Shown: positions 18,952 through 28,199 of the stretch, one piece after another
Numbering within the stretch: the stretch's first letter is position 1
How the letters are laid out: each line of letters opens with the position of its first letter
Sequence record: PQ631072.1
DNA length: 64,000 nucleotides
Strand: one strand, 5' to 3'
Source of the DNA: Escherichia phage EC.P2
Position numbers and translations under genes: made by a program
The notes under the pieces: model-generated
What the model was told of the DNA's origin: nothing
What the model saw: the letters and a program-made list of their open reading frames with translations, nothing else
The model's database searches: none

Positions 18952-21771
18952 ATGTATCCTATTCCTTTATTTATGTCAACAACATCAGCTTCAGTAGTAA
19001 CAGCTACATCTATAACCACTTCCTCTATTGGTATTGCAATAGTTGGTAGTAAAAAGCAACTGACATACACAGTTTCACCGGAAGATGGTGCGTTATTTGA
19101 TATAGCTTTTTCATCTTCAGATAATACCAAAATGGTTATAGATAATAACGGTATGATGGAGTTTGTTGCTGAAGGCGGTTTTGATGCAATAATGACAGCT
19201 AAAAATAATTTAGGTGCTGTCTTAACTGATCAATCTGGTGGCTATGCTTCAGAATTAAGTGTGTACACTGAAAGTCTGTCTGCTATGGATGCAGGAACTA
19301 CTCAACAATTGGTTGCTACAATCAGTCCAGAAGGTGCTAAAGACCTTCCAGACATGGTAATTACGTACACCACAACAGATCCAGAAGTAGCTACTGTAAG
19401 CCCTACAGGATTAATAACTGCTCTTAAAGATGGCAGTTGCCGTATAGGTTGTACTGCAACTTATCAAGGAACAGTGGTGGCCTCTGATAGTTCTTATTTA
19501 GGTGTTAATGCTATTCCTGTTATTTCTAATGTAACAGCCGTGGCAAACAGCTATGGAGACATTCGTGTTGCTTGGGATGTAGCTGATCCGCTAGATGGTG
19601 ATACTTATACTGTAGAAGTATTAGATTTAAGTAATAACAGTGTCCAGTGGACTACAACAACCACGAATACTTACGCCTACTTTGATATCTCTGACTCTAT
19701 TCCTCTTTATGGGTTTGCTCCAACATACCTTAAAATTAGCGTTAAGAGCACCAAAGCAGCAGCCGTTATCTTTAATAACTCAATAGCTACAGATGATTCA
19801 TTCATTAAAGAAGTTATTGTCTTTGCTGGACAAGATAACGTAAATGCACACTTTACAGAACTATCTGGTGCAAATAAAGCAGCAATGAGTAGCACAACAA
19901 CCCGTAACGCATATGCTACGCAACGTGGTTTAGCAAATGCTGAAGTTCTTCCGTTAAATACAGCTTCTGGATCATCAGCAGCAGATAAATATGCTGACGA
20001 TAAAGCTGGAACAGGTACACCAGACAACTACTGGTATGATCTGGATAACACAGCAGATGGGCCATGCTTAACTAATTTTATCACTAAAGTCACACCTTAT
20101 GCAAGTAAGGTTAAAGCAATTATTTGGGGACAAGGTGAAAATGATGCTGTATCAGCATCTTCAACTGTTGCAGGTAGGTACAGTAACACTACACGTTACC
20201 ATGATGCTACGATAGCCATCTTTGATAAGATGCGTACAATAGTTCCTGCTTCTCAAGCAAAAATTGTTTGGCAGATCCTAGGACGTTCTTATCTATATGG
20301 TGTAGAAGTTAATGGTGTAGATTGGCAGAAATACAGAAATGTACAAAGAACCATCTCTACAGCACGTGACGATGTTATCATTGGTTCTTGGGTAGATGGT
20401 GCTGAACGTTACAGTGGCTATGCTTATGAAGAAGGTATTGATGGTCGTATCCATTATATTTCTTCTGTATACCAGACAGCAGCTACAAAACTTGCTAAAT
20501 CAGCAGCAGACGGTACAGACCTAACATCAACGTCACCTGTTTGGGTTGATATGGCTGTTCCAACTGGAGCAACAGCTACTTCCCAGTCTAATCAAGATAC
20601 AATTTTAGCATGGGATGCTCAAGGTTATAGTAAACACTACTTCCGTAATATTAACGTCTTAACAGCATCTGTATTAACTGAACAAACGCTTAATACGAAC
20701 AGTTATACGTTTACCTATGCAGATCAAGTAGAACAATATGGTTTTGCAGCAGGTACTACGATATTTGATGTTGCATATTATGACGAAGCAAATGATGTGT
20801 TATCTCCTTTAGTACGTTTTAATGTTAGCGTTACAGCAGGAAAAGTAGAAGATAAACCTGTCGTGATGGACTATGATTTGACACAAGAAACTCTTCCATC
20901 AGATGTTAAGGTTAATGGTGGGAACTCTTTTGCTCGTGCTTCTGGAGATACACTTGTAGCCACTAACACCTTGGTTGCTCCGTTGGAGTATGTTGGCACT
21001 ACCCCTGTAGGTAGACGTGTAACAGCTAACACAGCTACACAAATTTTTGTCAACAACGCCTTAACAAGCGCAAGCCCGTGGGTAAAGACCAACTTAACTG
21101 TTGCATCTTCATCTGATAAATCTCCGGCTGGAACTACTGCTAATGTATTCAAATTAACTCCGACTACAACTTCTGGTAGTCATATCTTAACTGCAACATA
21201 TACTAACGCGTACAACATATCTGCCGGACGTAACTGGTCTGCCTCTGTTTTCTTGAAAGCGAACGGGATTACTAAGGCCAAACTAAGATTAAAAGCAGGG
21301 ACTGAAGTTAATGAAGGTACTTTTGATTTAGCAGCAGGTACATTCACAGGAAGTGAAGCTAATATTATATCTATGGGCAACGGTTGGTATCGTGCTATTC
21401 TGCATAAAACAGGAATAGCCAAACAGTCCTCCATAAGTTTTGAAATAATTGCCTTGGATGCAACTGGTGCGGAGATTTTCGCTGGAGATGGTACTAGTAA
21501 CCTTGCAGTTTGGTTGCCACAGCTTGAAGGTGCTTCTACAGGAGAAACATCAAAAGCTGGATCGCCTTATGTCTGCACATATCCTGGAAATTTAGGAGGA
21601 GTATCCTTCACTATACCAAGGAACGGACATACTGGTGTGGATGTTTACTATTCCAACGGAGACGTTGTTCGTGACGTATTCTCTGGTACGGCATCTACTT
21701 GGACAATAAACTACTCCAGCTTGTACGATTGGGGATCAGTCTTTATTACAGGTTTGAAATATTACGACTAA
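18952..21771 (+). CDS. tail fibre / receptor-binding protein with Big_2-like and SASA (sialate O-acetylesterase)-like domains
   Basis: 939 aa; Big_2-like segment (ATVSPTGLITALKDGSCRIGCTATYQG); esterase-like motifs VIVFAGQDN and AIIWGQGENDA (GQSN / QGExD pattern). Confidence 0.5.
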   Translation: MYPIPLFMSTTSASVVTATSITTSSIGIAIVGSKKQLTYTVSPEDGALFDIAFSSSDNTKMVIDNNGMMEFVAEGGFDAIMTAKNNLGAVLTDQSGGYASELSVYTESLSAMDAGTTQQLVATISPEGAKDLPDMVITYTTTDPEVATVSPTGLITALKDGSCRIGCTATYQGTVVASDSSYLGVNAIPVISNVTAVANSYGDIRVAWDVADPLDGDTYTVEVLDLSNNSVQWTTTTTNTYAYFDISDSIPLYGFAPTYLKISVKSTKAAAVIFNNSIATDDSFIKEVIVFAGQDNVNAHFTELSGANKAAMSSTTTRNAYATQRGLANAEVLPLNTASGSSAADKYADDKAGTGTPDNYWYDLDNTADGPCLTNFITKVTPYASKVKAIIWGQGENDAVSASSTVAGRYSNTTRYHDATIAIFDKMRTIVPASQAKIVWQILGRSYLYGVEVNGVDWQKYRNVQRTISTARDDVIIGSWVDGAERYSGYAYEEGIDGRIHYISSVYQTAATKLAKSAADGTDLTSTSPVWVDMAVPTGATATSQSNQDTILAWDAQGYSKHYFRNINVLTASVLTEQTLNTNSYTFTYADQVEQYGFAAGTTIFDVAYYDEANDVLSPLVRFNVSVTAGKVEDKPVVMDYDLTQETLPSDVKVNGGNSFARASGDTLVATNTLVAPLEYVGTTPVGRRVTANTATQIFVNNALTSASPWVKTNLTVASSSDKSPAGTTANVFKLTPTTTSGSHILTATYTNAYNISAGRNWSASVFLKANGITKAKLRLKAGTEVNEGTFDLAAGTFTGSEANIISMGNGWYRAILHKTGIAKQSSISFEIIALDATGAEIFAGDGTSNLAVWLPQLEGASTGETSKAGSPYVCTYPGNLGGVSFTIPRNGHTGVDVYYSNGDVVRDVFSGTASTWTINYSSLYDWGSVFITGLKYYD

Positions 21772-21772
21772 T

Positions 21773-21798
21773 AAAAAAGGAGCCATTAGGCTCCTTTT
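21773..21798. terminator. bidirectional terminator at convergent junction
   Basis: AAAAAAGGAGCCATTAGGCTCCTTTTCTTTT: hairpin flanked by A-run and T-run between convergent genes. Confidence 0.6.
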
Positions 21799-21806
21799 CT
21801 TTTATC

Positions 21807-22238
21807 TTAATCAGTGAAAATTACGCTTACATCTTCTTTAGAAAAGAGTTTATGATTTTCACCTTTTGTCTCAAGAGTTTCATACAGGTTAAGAAGTTCT
21901 GAAACATCTTTCTCTACTAGTTTCTTCAATGTTGCAATTTTCTGTTTGCGATTCTTAATACGTTCAGCTACAACCTTACGTTGGTATCCGGCAGTACGAT
22001 AACCTGAGAAAGTTACACCAGTGAGACTTGCAGTTACAGGATCGTAGTGACGTTCAATCTGAAATTTATTAAAAGGTACAGCGTCATCACGAATAATCTT
22101 ACCGCCATTACTTACTTGACGAAGACCAGTAACTTGTTCCAGTCGTGCCATAGAAATCTTTGGAGACAGACCAGAGTCCAGGTTCATACCGTTGTTAATC
22201 AGTGCTTTCAGGGTGATTTTGCTGTTCAGTGTACTCAT
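21807..22238 (-). CDS. hypothetical protein (partner of methyltransferase)
   Basis: 143 aa; ATG at 22238 with GGAGGA 8 nt upstream; overlaps methyltransferase 3' end by 44 nt. Confidence 0.45.
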   Translation of the reverse strand: MSTLNSKITLKALINNGMNLDSGLSPKISMARLEQVTGLRQVSNGGKIIRDDAVPFNKFQIERHYDPVTASLTGVTFSGYRTAGYQRKVVAERIKNRKQKIATLKKLVEKDVSELLNLYETLETKGENHKLFSKEDVSVIFTD

Positions 22239-22926
22239 TTAGTCGTTCCTCCGCTTGTTTAAAAATATTTACATCGGCTTCACAGCCTAAGTATTCTCTA
22301 CCTGTTAAAAGTGCCGCAACTTGTGTTGTTGCACTTCCAGAGAAGAAGTCTAAGACTACATCTTCTTCGTTGGTATGTATATTAATAAGGTCACAAAACA
22401 AAGTCAAGTGTTTTTGTGTTGGATGAAAACGATCTGCTCCTTGATAGATAGGATACTCAAACACACCCTTATGATAGGAAGCATTGAAGGTTGGCTTCGA
22501 ACCTTTAACACAGACAATAGCCATCTCTTTAGCGTTACTAAGGTAGTTAACACCACTGTTGATGGGTACAGGGTTTGTTTTAATCCATTCAATAGTACGG
22601 AACATACGAAAACCAAGCGGTTCAAGGATTTCACGTAGCTCCTGGATCTTCCAGATATCATACCAAACTATGCAAGTACCACCTTTTCTAAGCACCCTAT
22701 AGGCTTCTTTGAATACTTCTTTAAAGTAAGGAATATCTACAACATCCCAGTCACCAAAGTTGTAAGATACACGGAATCTATCTGTATCTTTTCCAGTAGG
22801 CTCTCCAGATTGAAAATTTGTGTCACGAGAAATAGCATAGGGTGGGTCAGTAAGAATCAAATCTACACTATTGCTTTCGAGGGTTTGCAGGTAGTTTAAT
22901 GCGGTGTTGTTTACAAATTCGCTCAT
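22195..22926 (-). CDS. DNA methyltransferase (N6-adenine / N4-cytosine, beta class)
   Basis: 243 aa; DPPY motif (ILTDPPYAIS) N-terminal and FxGxG SAM-binding motif (FFSGSATT) C-terminal. Confidence 0.8.
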   Translation of the reverse strand: MSEFVNNTALNYLQTLESNSVDLILTDPPYAISRDTNFQSGEPTGKDTDRFRVSYNFGDWDVVDIPYFKEVFKEAYRVLRKGGTCIVWYDIWKIQELREILEPLGFRMFRTIEWIKTNPVPINSGVNYLSNAKEMAIVCVKGSKPTFNASYHKGVFEYPIYQGADRFHPTQKHLTLFCDLINIHTNEEDVVLDFFSGSATTQVAALLTGREYLGCEADVNIFKQAEERLNEYTEQQNHPESTD

Positions 22927-22942
22927 TATATCTCCTTCAAAG

Positions 22943-22964
22943 AAAAGGAGCCGTTAGGCTCCTT
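22943..22964 (-). terminator. hairpin terminator after SSB-like gene
   Basis: GGAGCCGTTAGGCTCC, nearly identical to hairpin at 21779-21794; T-run on minus strand. Confidence 0.45.
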
Positions 22965-22986
22965 ATATTCACACAATATTTAATTA

Positions 22987-23934
22987 TTAGAAACAGTGCA
23001 GGAAGTTTCGACCATATTGCAAACCAATAGGCGCAAATGGGATATCATCATCGAAATCTTGAACAACAGGTTCTGGTTCTTTCGGTGCTGGCTCTTTCTT
23101 CTCTACTTTTTTAGTTTCTTTCTTAACTTCTTGTACTGGAGTAGACATTCCACGGATAGCAGCAGCTACTTTATCAGACAAAGCAAGAACTTCACGAGCA
23201 GCTTCAATAATCTCTTCTGCCGTTACAGTTTTACCTGTATGATCACGACAAGCGTTAAGAATTGCGTGTCCAACTGAAGCACCAAGATCATAATCAGTCA
23301 CATCAACGCCACGATCTTTAGCAATTTCAGCTTTCAGAGTAACAGTTGCAGATTGTACCACACCAGCCAAGTCGAAAGCATCACCTTTCACACCAGCACG
23401 TAGAAGCTCCAGAGCGCCGTTTACAGCGTGTCCTGTTTCAATCCCTACGGTATCACGTTTTTTGTAGTTAGGCTTGCTACCGTCATTATTAGAGGGCTTA
23501 TTTCCACCTTTTGAAGAGGATTGTGCTTGCTGAACACCTTCTGTTGAAAGAATAGTGATTTTACCTTTAGAGGAGTTGTAGTATGTTTTGCCATTCCATT
23601 CAGAAGGTTTAACATCCATAGTTAGTTCTACACCTTTTTCGATAGTAACCCACTTATCACCATCTTTAACTTGCAGGTTTTCATGTTCTGGGTGCAGTTT
23701 AACTTCACCTAGGCTAACCCAAACACCTTTATCATCAGCACCAGCACCTTTCTCTTTAATAAGCAGAGATGCTTTGTGAGTTGATTCAATTTTCTTATCT
23801 GGCTGACCTGCAACCTTAATATAAGAGACTTTCATTTCATCAAACTTATCTAGTTTGACATATTCGACAATACCTTCAGCCCAGAATGCTTCTTTTTTAG
23901 TACGACGGTCGATTTCAGAATTAATTACTGGCAT
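22987..23934 (-). CDS. putative single-stranded DNA-binding protein
   Basis: 315 aa; acidic DFDDDIPF motif near C-terminus (resembles SSB tail, although not at the extreme end), Lys-rich linker. Confidence 0.45.
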   Translation of the reverse strand: MPVINSEIDRRTKKEAFWAEGIVEYVKLDKFDEMKVSYIKVAGQPDKKIESTHKASLLIKEKGAGADDKGVWVSLGEVKLHPEHENLQVKDGDKWVTIEKGVELTMDVKPSEWNGKTYYNSSKGKITILSTEGVQQAQSSSKGGNKPSNNDGSKPNYKKRDTVGIETGHAVNGALELLRAGVKGDAFDLAGVVQSATVTLKAEIAKDRGVDVTDYDLGASVGHAILNACRDHTGKTVTAEEIIEAAREVLALSDKVAAAIRGMSTPVQEVKKETKKVEKKEPAPKEPEPVVQDFDDDIPFAPIGLQYGRNFLHCF

Positions 23935-23950
23935 AAATTCTCCTCTATAA

Positions 23951-24349
23951 TTACATTACTTTAACACAAAACTCTCGTAAAAGAGTAGCGTCAGTTTCTT
24001 CCAACAGGTATTTACCAAGACCAATACCAAATCCTATTTCACCACTTTCAAAATGGAGAATTTGTATCTTTTCTCCACCAAGATTAATTACTTTTGCTTT
24101 TCCAGGATTATCCAAAACATCTCGTATTGTGTCCTGTAGTAGCATTAGTTCACGTTTTGTGATAGTGGTTTCAGATATCTCTTTGTCTTCTACCCGCACT
24201 GTTAAACGGTTGTATCCACCAAAGAGACATAGTATTTGAATAAAAAAGGTATTATCTTGAGGTTCAACATCTTTTTTAGTTAGTTCAAGACGATTAGTTT
24301 CTCTACTATAGAACGTCTCGACTAAGATTTTAGAACGATTGTCTATCAT
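23951..24349 (-). CDS. hypothetical protein
   Basis: 132 aa ORF in leftward operon. Confidence 0.4.
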   Translation of the reverse strand: MIDNRSKILVETFYSRETNRLELTKKDVEPQDNTFFIQILCLFGGYNRLTVRVEDKEISETTITKRELMLLQDTIRDVLDNPGKAKVINLGGEKIQILHFESGEIGFGIGLGKYLLEETDATLLREFCVKVM

Positions 24350-24392
24350 TCAAGTCCTCATAATAACACATAATTGTAAGGTTTGTCAACAC

Positions 24393-24986
24393 TTAAATCT
24401 TAAATTCTTCGTTGTTAAATGAATCCAGTGTACGTACTTCTGGTTCTTTGGGAATGAAAACGTCTTTTACAAAGCGGAACATAGGGAAACGTTCTGCCAT
24501 TTTACGGACGTGTGCTTCTTTACCTGTGTATCGGTGATTAATAGTGCAAATATTAGTTTTCAATGCAAATTCAAAATCTGGATGATATACATAATTTTGA
24601 CCATCCCAGTAACACAGGCAAATAGCTACGTCAAAGTTCCATACGATTTCACTGCGTACACCTTCTTCCATGATCATAAAGTTAAACTTAAGGTCTTTAT
24701 AGTATGCTTCAAATACCCATTTCAAATGTGGTAGTTCGGCATAAGTGTGTTCTGTTTGCTTAGTAAGTTGTTTAACATTACGTGCACCAACACCCAACAT
24801 CAAAAACTTCTCTACTAGCACGAGTGTATTGTGGTTAGGCATACGCAAGTAAATGTCAATATCTTGTGCAGGTTTCTCTAATCGCCAATCACGTACAGCG
24901 CCGCCAGCTACAATTGCAAACGGATCTACCAGTTGGCACATACGTAATACTTCTAAAGCGCGTACTTTTTGATCTTCAATATTCAT
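24393..24986 (-). CDS. nucleotidyltransferase (Pol-beta superfamily, CCA-adding / poly(A) polymerase-type head domain)
   Basis: 197 aa; motif AIVAGGAVRDWRL...DIDIYL matches GGAVRD ... DxD catalytic signature; ATG with AGGAGA RBS. Confidence 0.55.
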   Translation of the reverse strand: MNIEDQKVRALEVLRMCQLVDPFAIVAGGAVRDWRLEKPAQDIDIYLRMPNHNTLVLVEKFLMLGVGARNVKQLTKQTEHTYAELPHLKWVFEAYYKDLKFNFMIMEEGVRSEIVWNFDVAICLCYWDGQNYVYHPDFEFALKTNICTINHRYTGKEAHVRKMAERFPMFRFVKDVFIPKEPEVRTLDSFNNEEFKI

Positions 24987-25123
24987 ATTTTCTCCTATCT
25001 CTTATGGTCTTTGCGTTATTCTAGATGTTCAAACATCTAATTATGAAATGGTTTAAAAGTGTGGAACAACCTTGGCAATAATAGATTGTCCCACATAAAA
25101 ACTCCTTTAAAATCAAAGGGATG

Positions 25124-27703
25124 TCAGTGACAAGACGCCCATGAGTTACCAACATCGTAACCAGCAGTGAGAGGTACATTAAGATTGTAATACTCACCAG
25201 CTTTATTAACAGCGATAGATGCTAATTCTCCAGCACGACTGTAGGCTGTAAACCAACCACCTTTCGGAGATTCATGTACGTTAGCCCAAATCTTGCCAGT
25301 ACGTTTCTCTTCCTCTTCTTTCCAGGCGTTAACTTTATCCAAACATTCTTTATCAATTTTCTTTTGTTCTTCTGGATCATCAACTTGAGTCCAACCTAAA
25401 GATTCTTTAGAGAACCATTTAAAATGCACGAGATCACGAGTTACTTCAAGCTGTGCTTCATCGTGATATGCAATCATTTGTTGAACGAATGACTTATTTT
25501 TCCAGTCATCAACAAAAAAGTCAACAGCTAATCCTTCTTCTTCGATAAGATCATCGTAGATAACCATTGCTCTTTTTGCACAAATAACACCACCACTCTG
25601 GAACAGAGAGTTAAGTATTGCGTGTGCAGATCGTGTAGGTACTTTCCTTCCATCAATACCAAGAATGTATTTCTTACCTGTTTTAACCCAAAAGTCATGC
25701 AGACGTTCTTTAAGAAGCGCAAGAGGTTTTGCAGCTTCCCAGAAAGCATCGTATACAAGCTGTCCTGTATACATATCACTACCAATAGTTTTTGCTACTT
25801 TTGCAGCTTGAGCACCATAAGTAATACCATACTTAACAGATTTAGCAGGGCTTCGTTCAAACTTACGACCAATAGTGTCAGAAATACGTCGAGCCATCAT
25901 TGTATGAACATCATTAGGTTTTTCCAACAATAGAGCATTACAATATTCGTGTGGTTCCTGCTCGTACCGCCAACAGTAGTGTGATTCTATTTTTGCCTCA
26001 AGAGAATCAAAGTCATAACCAATTTGGAAGTATTTTGGAACTTCTACACCAAATAAGTTACGCATTTCATATCCGTACAGAGATGTTACACGTGGGATAT
26101 TTGCTACTAACCTATGTTTCATACGAGACGTAGCTGCATCACACGTTGCAGCAGGAGTTGGTATACGACCATCAGCCCTTACTGCCGCCAGATAACCTTT
26201 ATCGTAATCCTCTTCATCTTCTTCCCAATCAGCGCCACCCCCTAGAATAGAGTTTCTACGATGTTTATACGTAAGATACTGCACAATCTGCGTAGCATAA
26301 GGAAACTTTTCACCTAGTGCTTCCAAGTTAGGACAAATATCCTTCTCTTGCCCTTTTGTAAAGGAAGGGTTAGTAAGCACTTTAACACCACGACCTTTAG
26401 CTTTAGCAATACGATCTCTTAGTTTCCATTCCAAAGTTTCTGGTGTGCACTCCAGATGATCACATCTGTCCTGGCAGAAGTTAGATGCTAATGTTTGATC
26501 AACATAGTCACGAATAGCTTTCTCCATTTGTGCTTCATCTTTCTTAATCTTAGTGCCAGATTTAAGAGTGATATCTTTATCTTTATATTCAGATGGACTC
26601 CAACCTAAACCAACTAACCAATTTTTAATATGTGTAGTGTCGTCTAAAGTAGCAGGTACTGTAGGATCACAAATAGGTTCTTCTGCTGGAATAGGTAGTT
26701 TAAACTCTTTACCTAATGCAAATAACCACCAACCATCTTCTTTTTGTACAAGTTCACCAGAATGTTTCTCTGCAAACTTTATCATGTTACTTGAAGGTTC
26801 ACCATTCTTTTTAAACTGTAGTTTAGGTGGAATGAATGATTTCAAATAACCTTTAGTAGCAGGTTTAGGAGGTAGTACAGGTTCTGCCTCTAAACGACAT
26901 GCTTCCATTCGAGCATCCAGATCACGAATATTATCTTCTGCTTGTTTCATATTGAAAGCAAAGCCACGGTGCTCTTGACGTGTAATAATATCAGCTACAC
27001 GTTGTTCTAAGTTAAATGGTTCAGACCACTTATTATAATCACCCCACTCTTCCATCAAATAACGGAACACTGCGGTGTTAGCTTTGTTATCGTAAATACA
27101 GTAATACAGCATATCTGCTGCAAATGTTCTAAATCTTTCAGTTTCAGGAATGTTTTTTCTAAAATCAATTTTAACATCCCCTCCAGCTTTCTTAGATAAC
27201 TCTGCCAGACTATGACCACCGAAGCGATCAGGGTTTAGTGTCTTACTTAAGATCATAGTATCACAAATTTCAATGTTACTATTACCCCAAGTATTGTACT
27301 TAATACTGTAGTTGAGTTTAAAAAATAATTTAATTGCCAGTAAGTCGAAGTTAATGATGTTGTGTCCAACTACTTTGGTAATTTTATAGTTTGAATTACC
27401 TTTAAATTTACCTGTTCCATTTACAAAATCAGGAAAATCTTTAAGAGGGAAATGGGTATATTCTAAATGCTCATATTCCTCCAGTCGGTATTCATACTTT
27501 CCGTCAGTCTCAATATACGGACGACCATCGAAAAGATATTTATCACCATCATGGAAAGCAATAATCTCTCCAGTATCATGACTTTCACACACAATACAGT
27601 GCATTGCAAAACTATCTTTTAAACGATATGGACTTGCCAAGTAATCTACACTTTCGTCATTAAGCAAGTTGTTACTTTCAATGTCGAAAGTAAAAGCTCC
27701 CAT
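25124..27703 (-). CDS. DNA polymerase, family A (T7-like, with 3'-5' exonuclease domain)
   Basis: 859 aa; exo motif VVGHNIINFDL; Pol I motif B-like RSPAKSVKYGITYGAQAAKVA; GGAGGGAGA RBS. Confidence 0.85.
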   Translation of the reverse strand: MGAFTFDIESNNLLNDESVDYLASPYRLKDSFAMHCIVCESHDTGEIIAFHDGDKYLFDGRPYIETDGKYEYRLEEYEHLEYTHFPLKDFPDFVNGTGKFKGNSNYKITKVVGHNIINFDLLAIKLFFKLNYSIKYNTWGNSNIEICDTMILSKTLNPDRFGGHSLAELSKKAGGDVKIDFRKNIPETERFRTFAADMLYYCIYDNKANTAVFRYLMEEWGDYNKWSEPFNLEQRVADIITRQEHRGFAFNMKQAEDNIRDLDARMEACRLEAEPVLPPKPATKGYLKSFIPPKLQFKKNGEPSSNMIKFAEKHSGELVQKEDGWWLFALGKEFKLPIPAEEPICDPTVPATLDDTTHIKNWLVGLGWSPSEYKDKDITLKSGTKIKKDEAQMEKAIRDYVDQTLASNFCQDRCDHLECTPETLEWKLRDRIAKAKGRGVKVLTNPSFTKGQEKDICPNLEALGEKFPYATQIVQYLTYKHRRNSILGGGADWEEDEEDYDKGYLAAVRADGRIPTPAATCDAATSRMKHRLVANIPRVTSLYGYEMRNLFGVEVPKYFQIGYDFDSLEAKIESHYCWRYEQEPHEYCNALLLEKPNDVHTMMARRISDTIGRKFERSPAKSVKYGITYGAQAAKVAKTIGSDMYTGQLVYDAFWEAAKPLALLKERLHDFWVKTGKKYILGIDGRKVPTRSAHAILNSLFQSGGVICAKRAMVIYDDLIEEEGLAVDFFVDDWKNKSFVQQMIAYHDEAQLEVTRDLVHFKWFSKESLGWTQVDDPEEQKKIDKECLDKVNAWKEEEEKRTGKIWANVHESPKGGWFTAYSRAGELASIAVNKAGEYYNLNVPLTAGYDVGNSWASCH

Positions 27704-27770
27704 TCTCCCTCCTTAAAATATTTCTAAAGTCTTAATTTGTTAATACTGTACCATAAATTAATTGTTTTGT

Positions 27771-27790
27771 AAAGGGGCTTTCGCCCCTTC
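27771..27790 (-). terminator. hairpin terminator
   Basis: AAAGGGGCTTTCGCCCCTT between gene ending 27794 and polymerase start. Confidence 0.5.
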
Positions 27791-27793
27791 TTG

Positions 27794-28189
27794 TTATTTA
27801 TTGTCAGCACTTAATTGTACTTTAATAAGGCAATTAGGGACACCATTGGTATTTCTCAAGCCTACACGGTCAATTTTAACTGTTCCTGTTAAGCCACTAA
27901 AAGTGGAAACAATGTTATTAATGTTTTCATCCTTACTAGCGATATCAAGAACAACTTTATCACTAACATTTTTCAACATACGATCTACAAGCTCTCCCAC
28001 AAAACCACTGGTAGTTTGAATGAGAAGGTATAGGCAACCATCCTCAAACCACAAATGTTCGCCATAAGCATAACCGTATGGTTCTAACTCCGATCCATCT
28101 TGAAATTTAAACTTGGCAACAGTTTTCGTATAATCATACCCTAACGCAGAAGGGGATACCCCATAGAGGATATTTTCGTTGTCTTTCAT
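27794..28189 (-). CDS. hypothetical protein
   Basis: ORF track gives 27794..28318; internal ATG at 28189 (MKDNENILYG) has AAGGAGAG RBS and removes 119-nt overlap with primase-helicase. Confidence 0.45.
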   Translation of the reverse strand: MKDNENILYGVSPSALGYDYTKTVAKFKFQDGSELEPYGYAYGEHLWFEDGCLYLLIQTTSGFVGELVDRMLKNVSDKVVLDIASKDENINNIVSTFSGLTGTVKIDRVGLRNTNGVPNCLIKVQLSADNK

Positions 28190-28199
28190 ATTTCTCTCC

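Noticed and set aside
21699-21902. Plus-strand ORF 21699..21902 spanning the convergent terminator
   Set aside because: Runs through the bidirectional terminator hairpin and overlaps the tail of the fibre gene and the opposite-strand gene; no RBS.
21773-22964. Hairpins at 21779-21794 and 22947-22962 as inverted terminal repeats of a transposon
   Set aside because: They are in direct, not inverted, orientation, each is a self-complementary hairpin with adjacent A/T tracts (terminator-like), and no transposase/integrase is present. Retained only as a low-interest cassette observation.
24987-25123. tRNA gene or small RNA in the 137-bp spacer between polymerase and NTase genes (inverted repeat AGATGTTCAAACATCT at about 25022-25037)
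   Set aside because: No cloverleaf-compatible sequence (no GTTCRAnYC T-loop); the short palindrome is more likely an operator or weak terminator.
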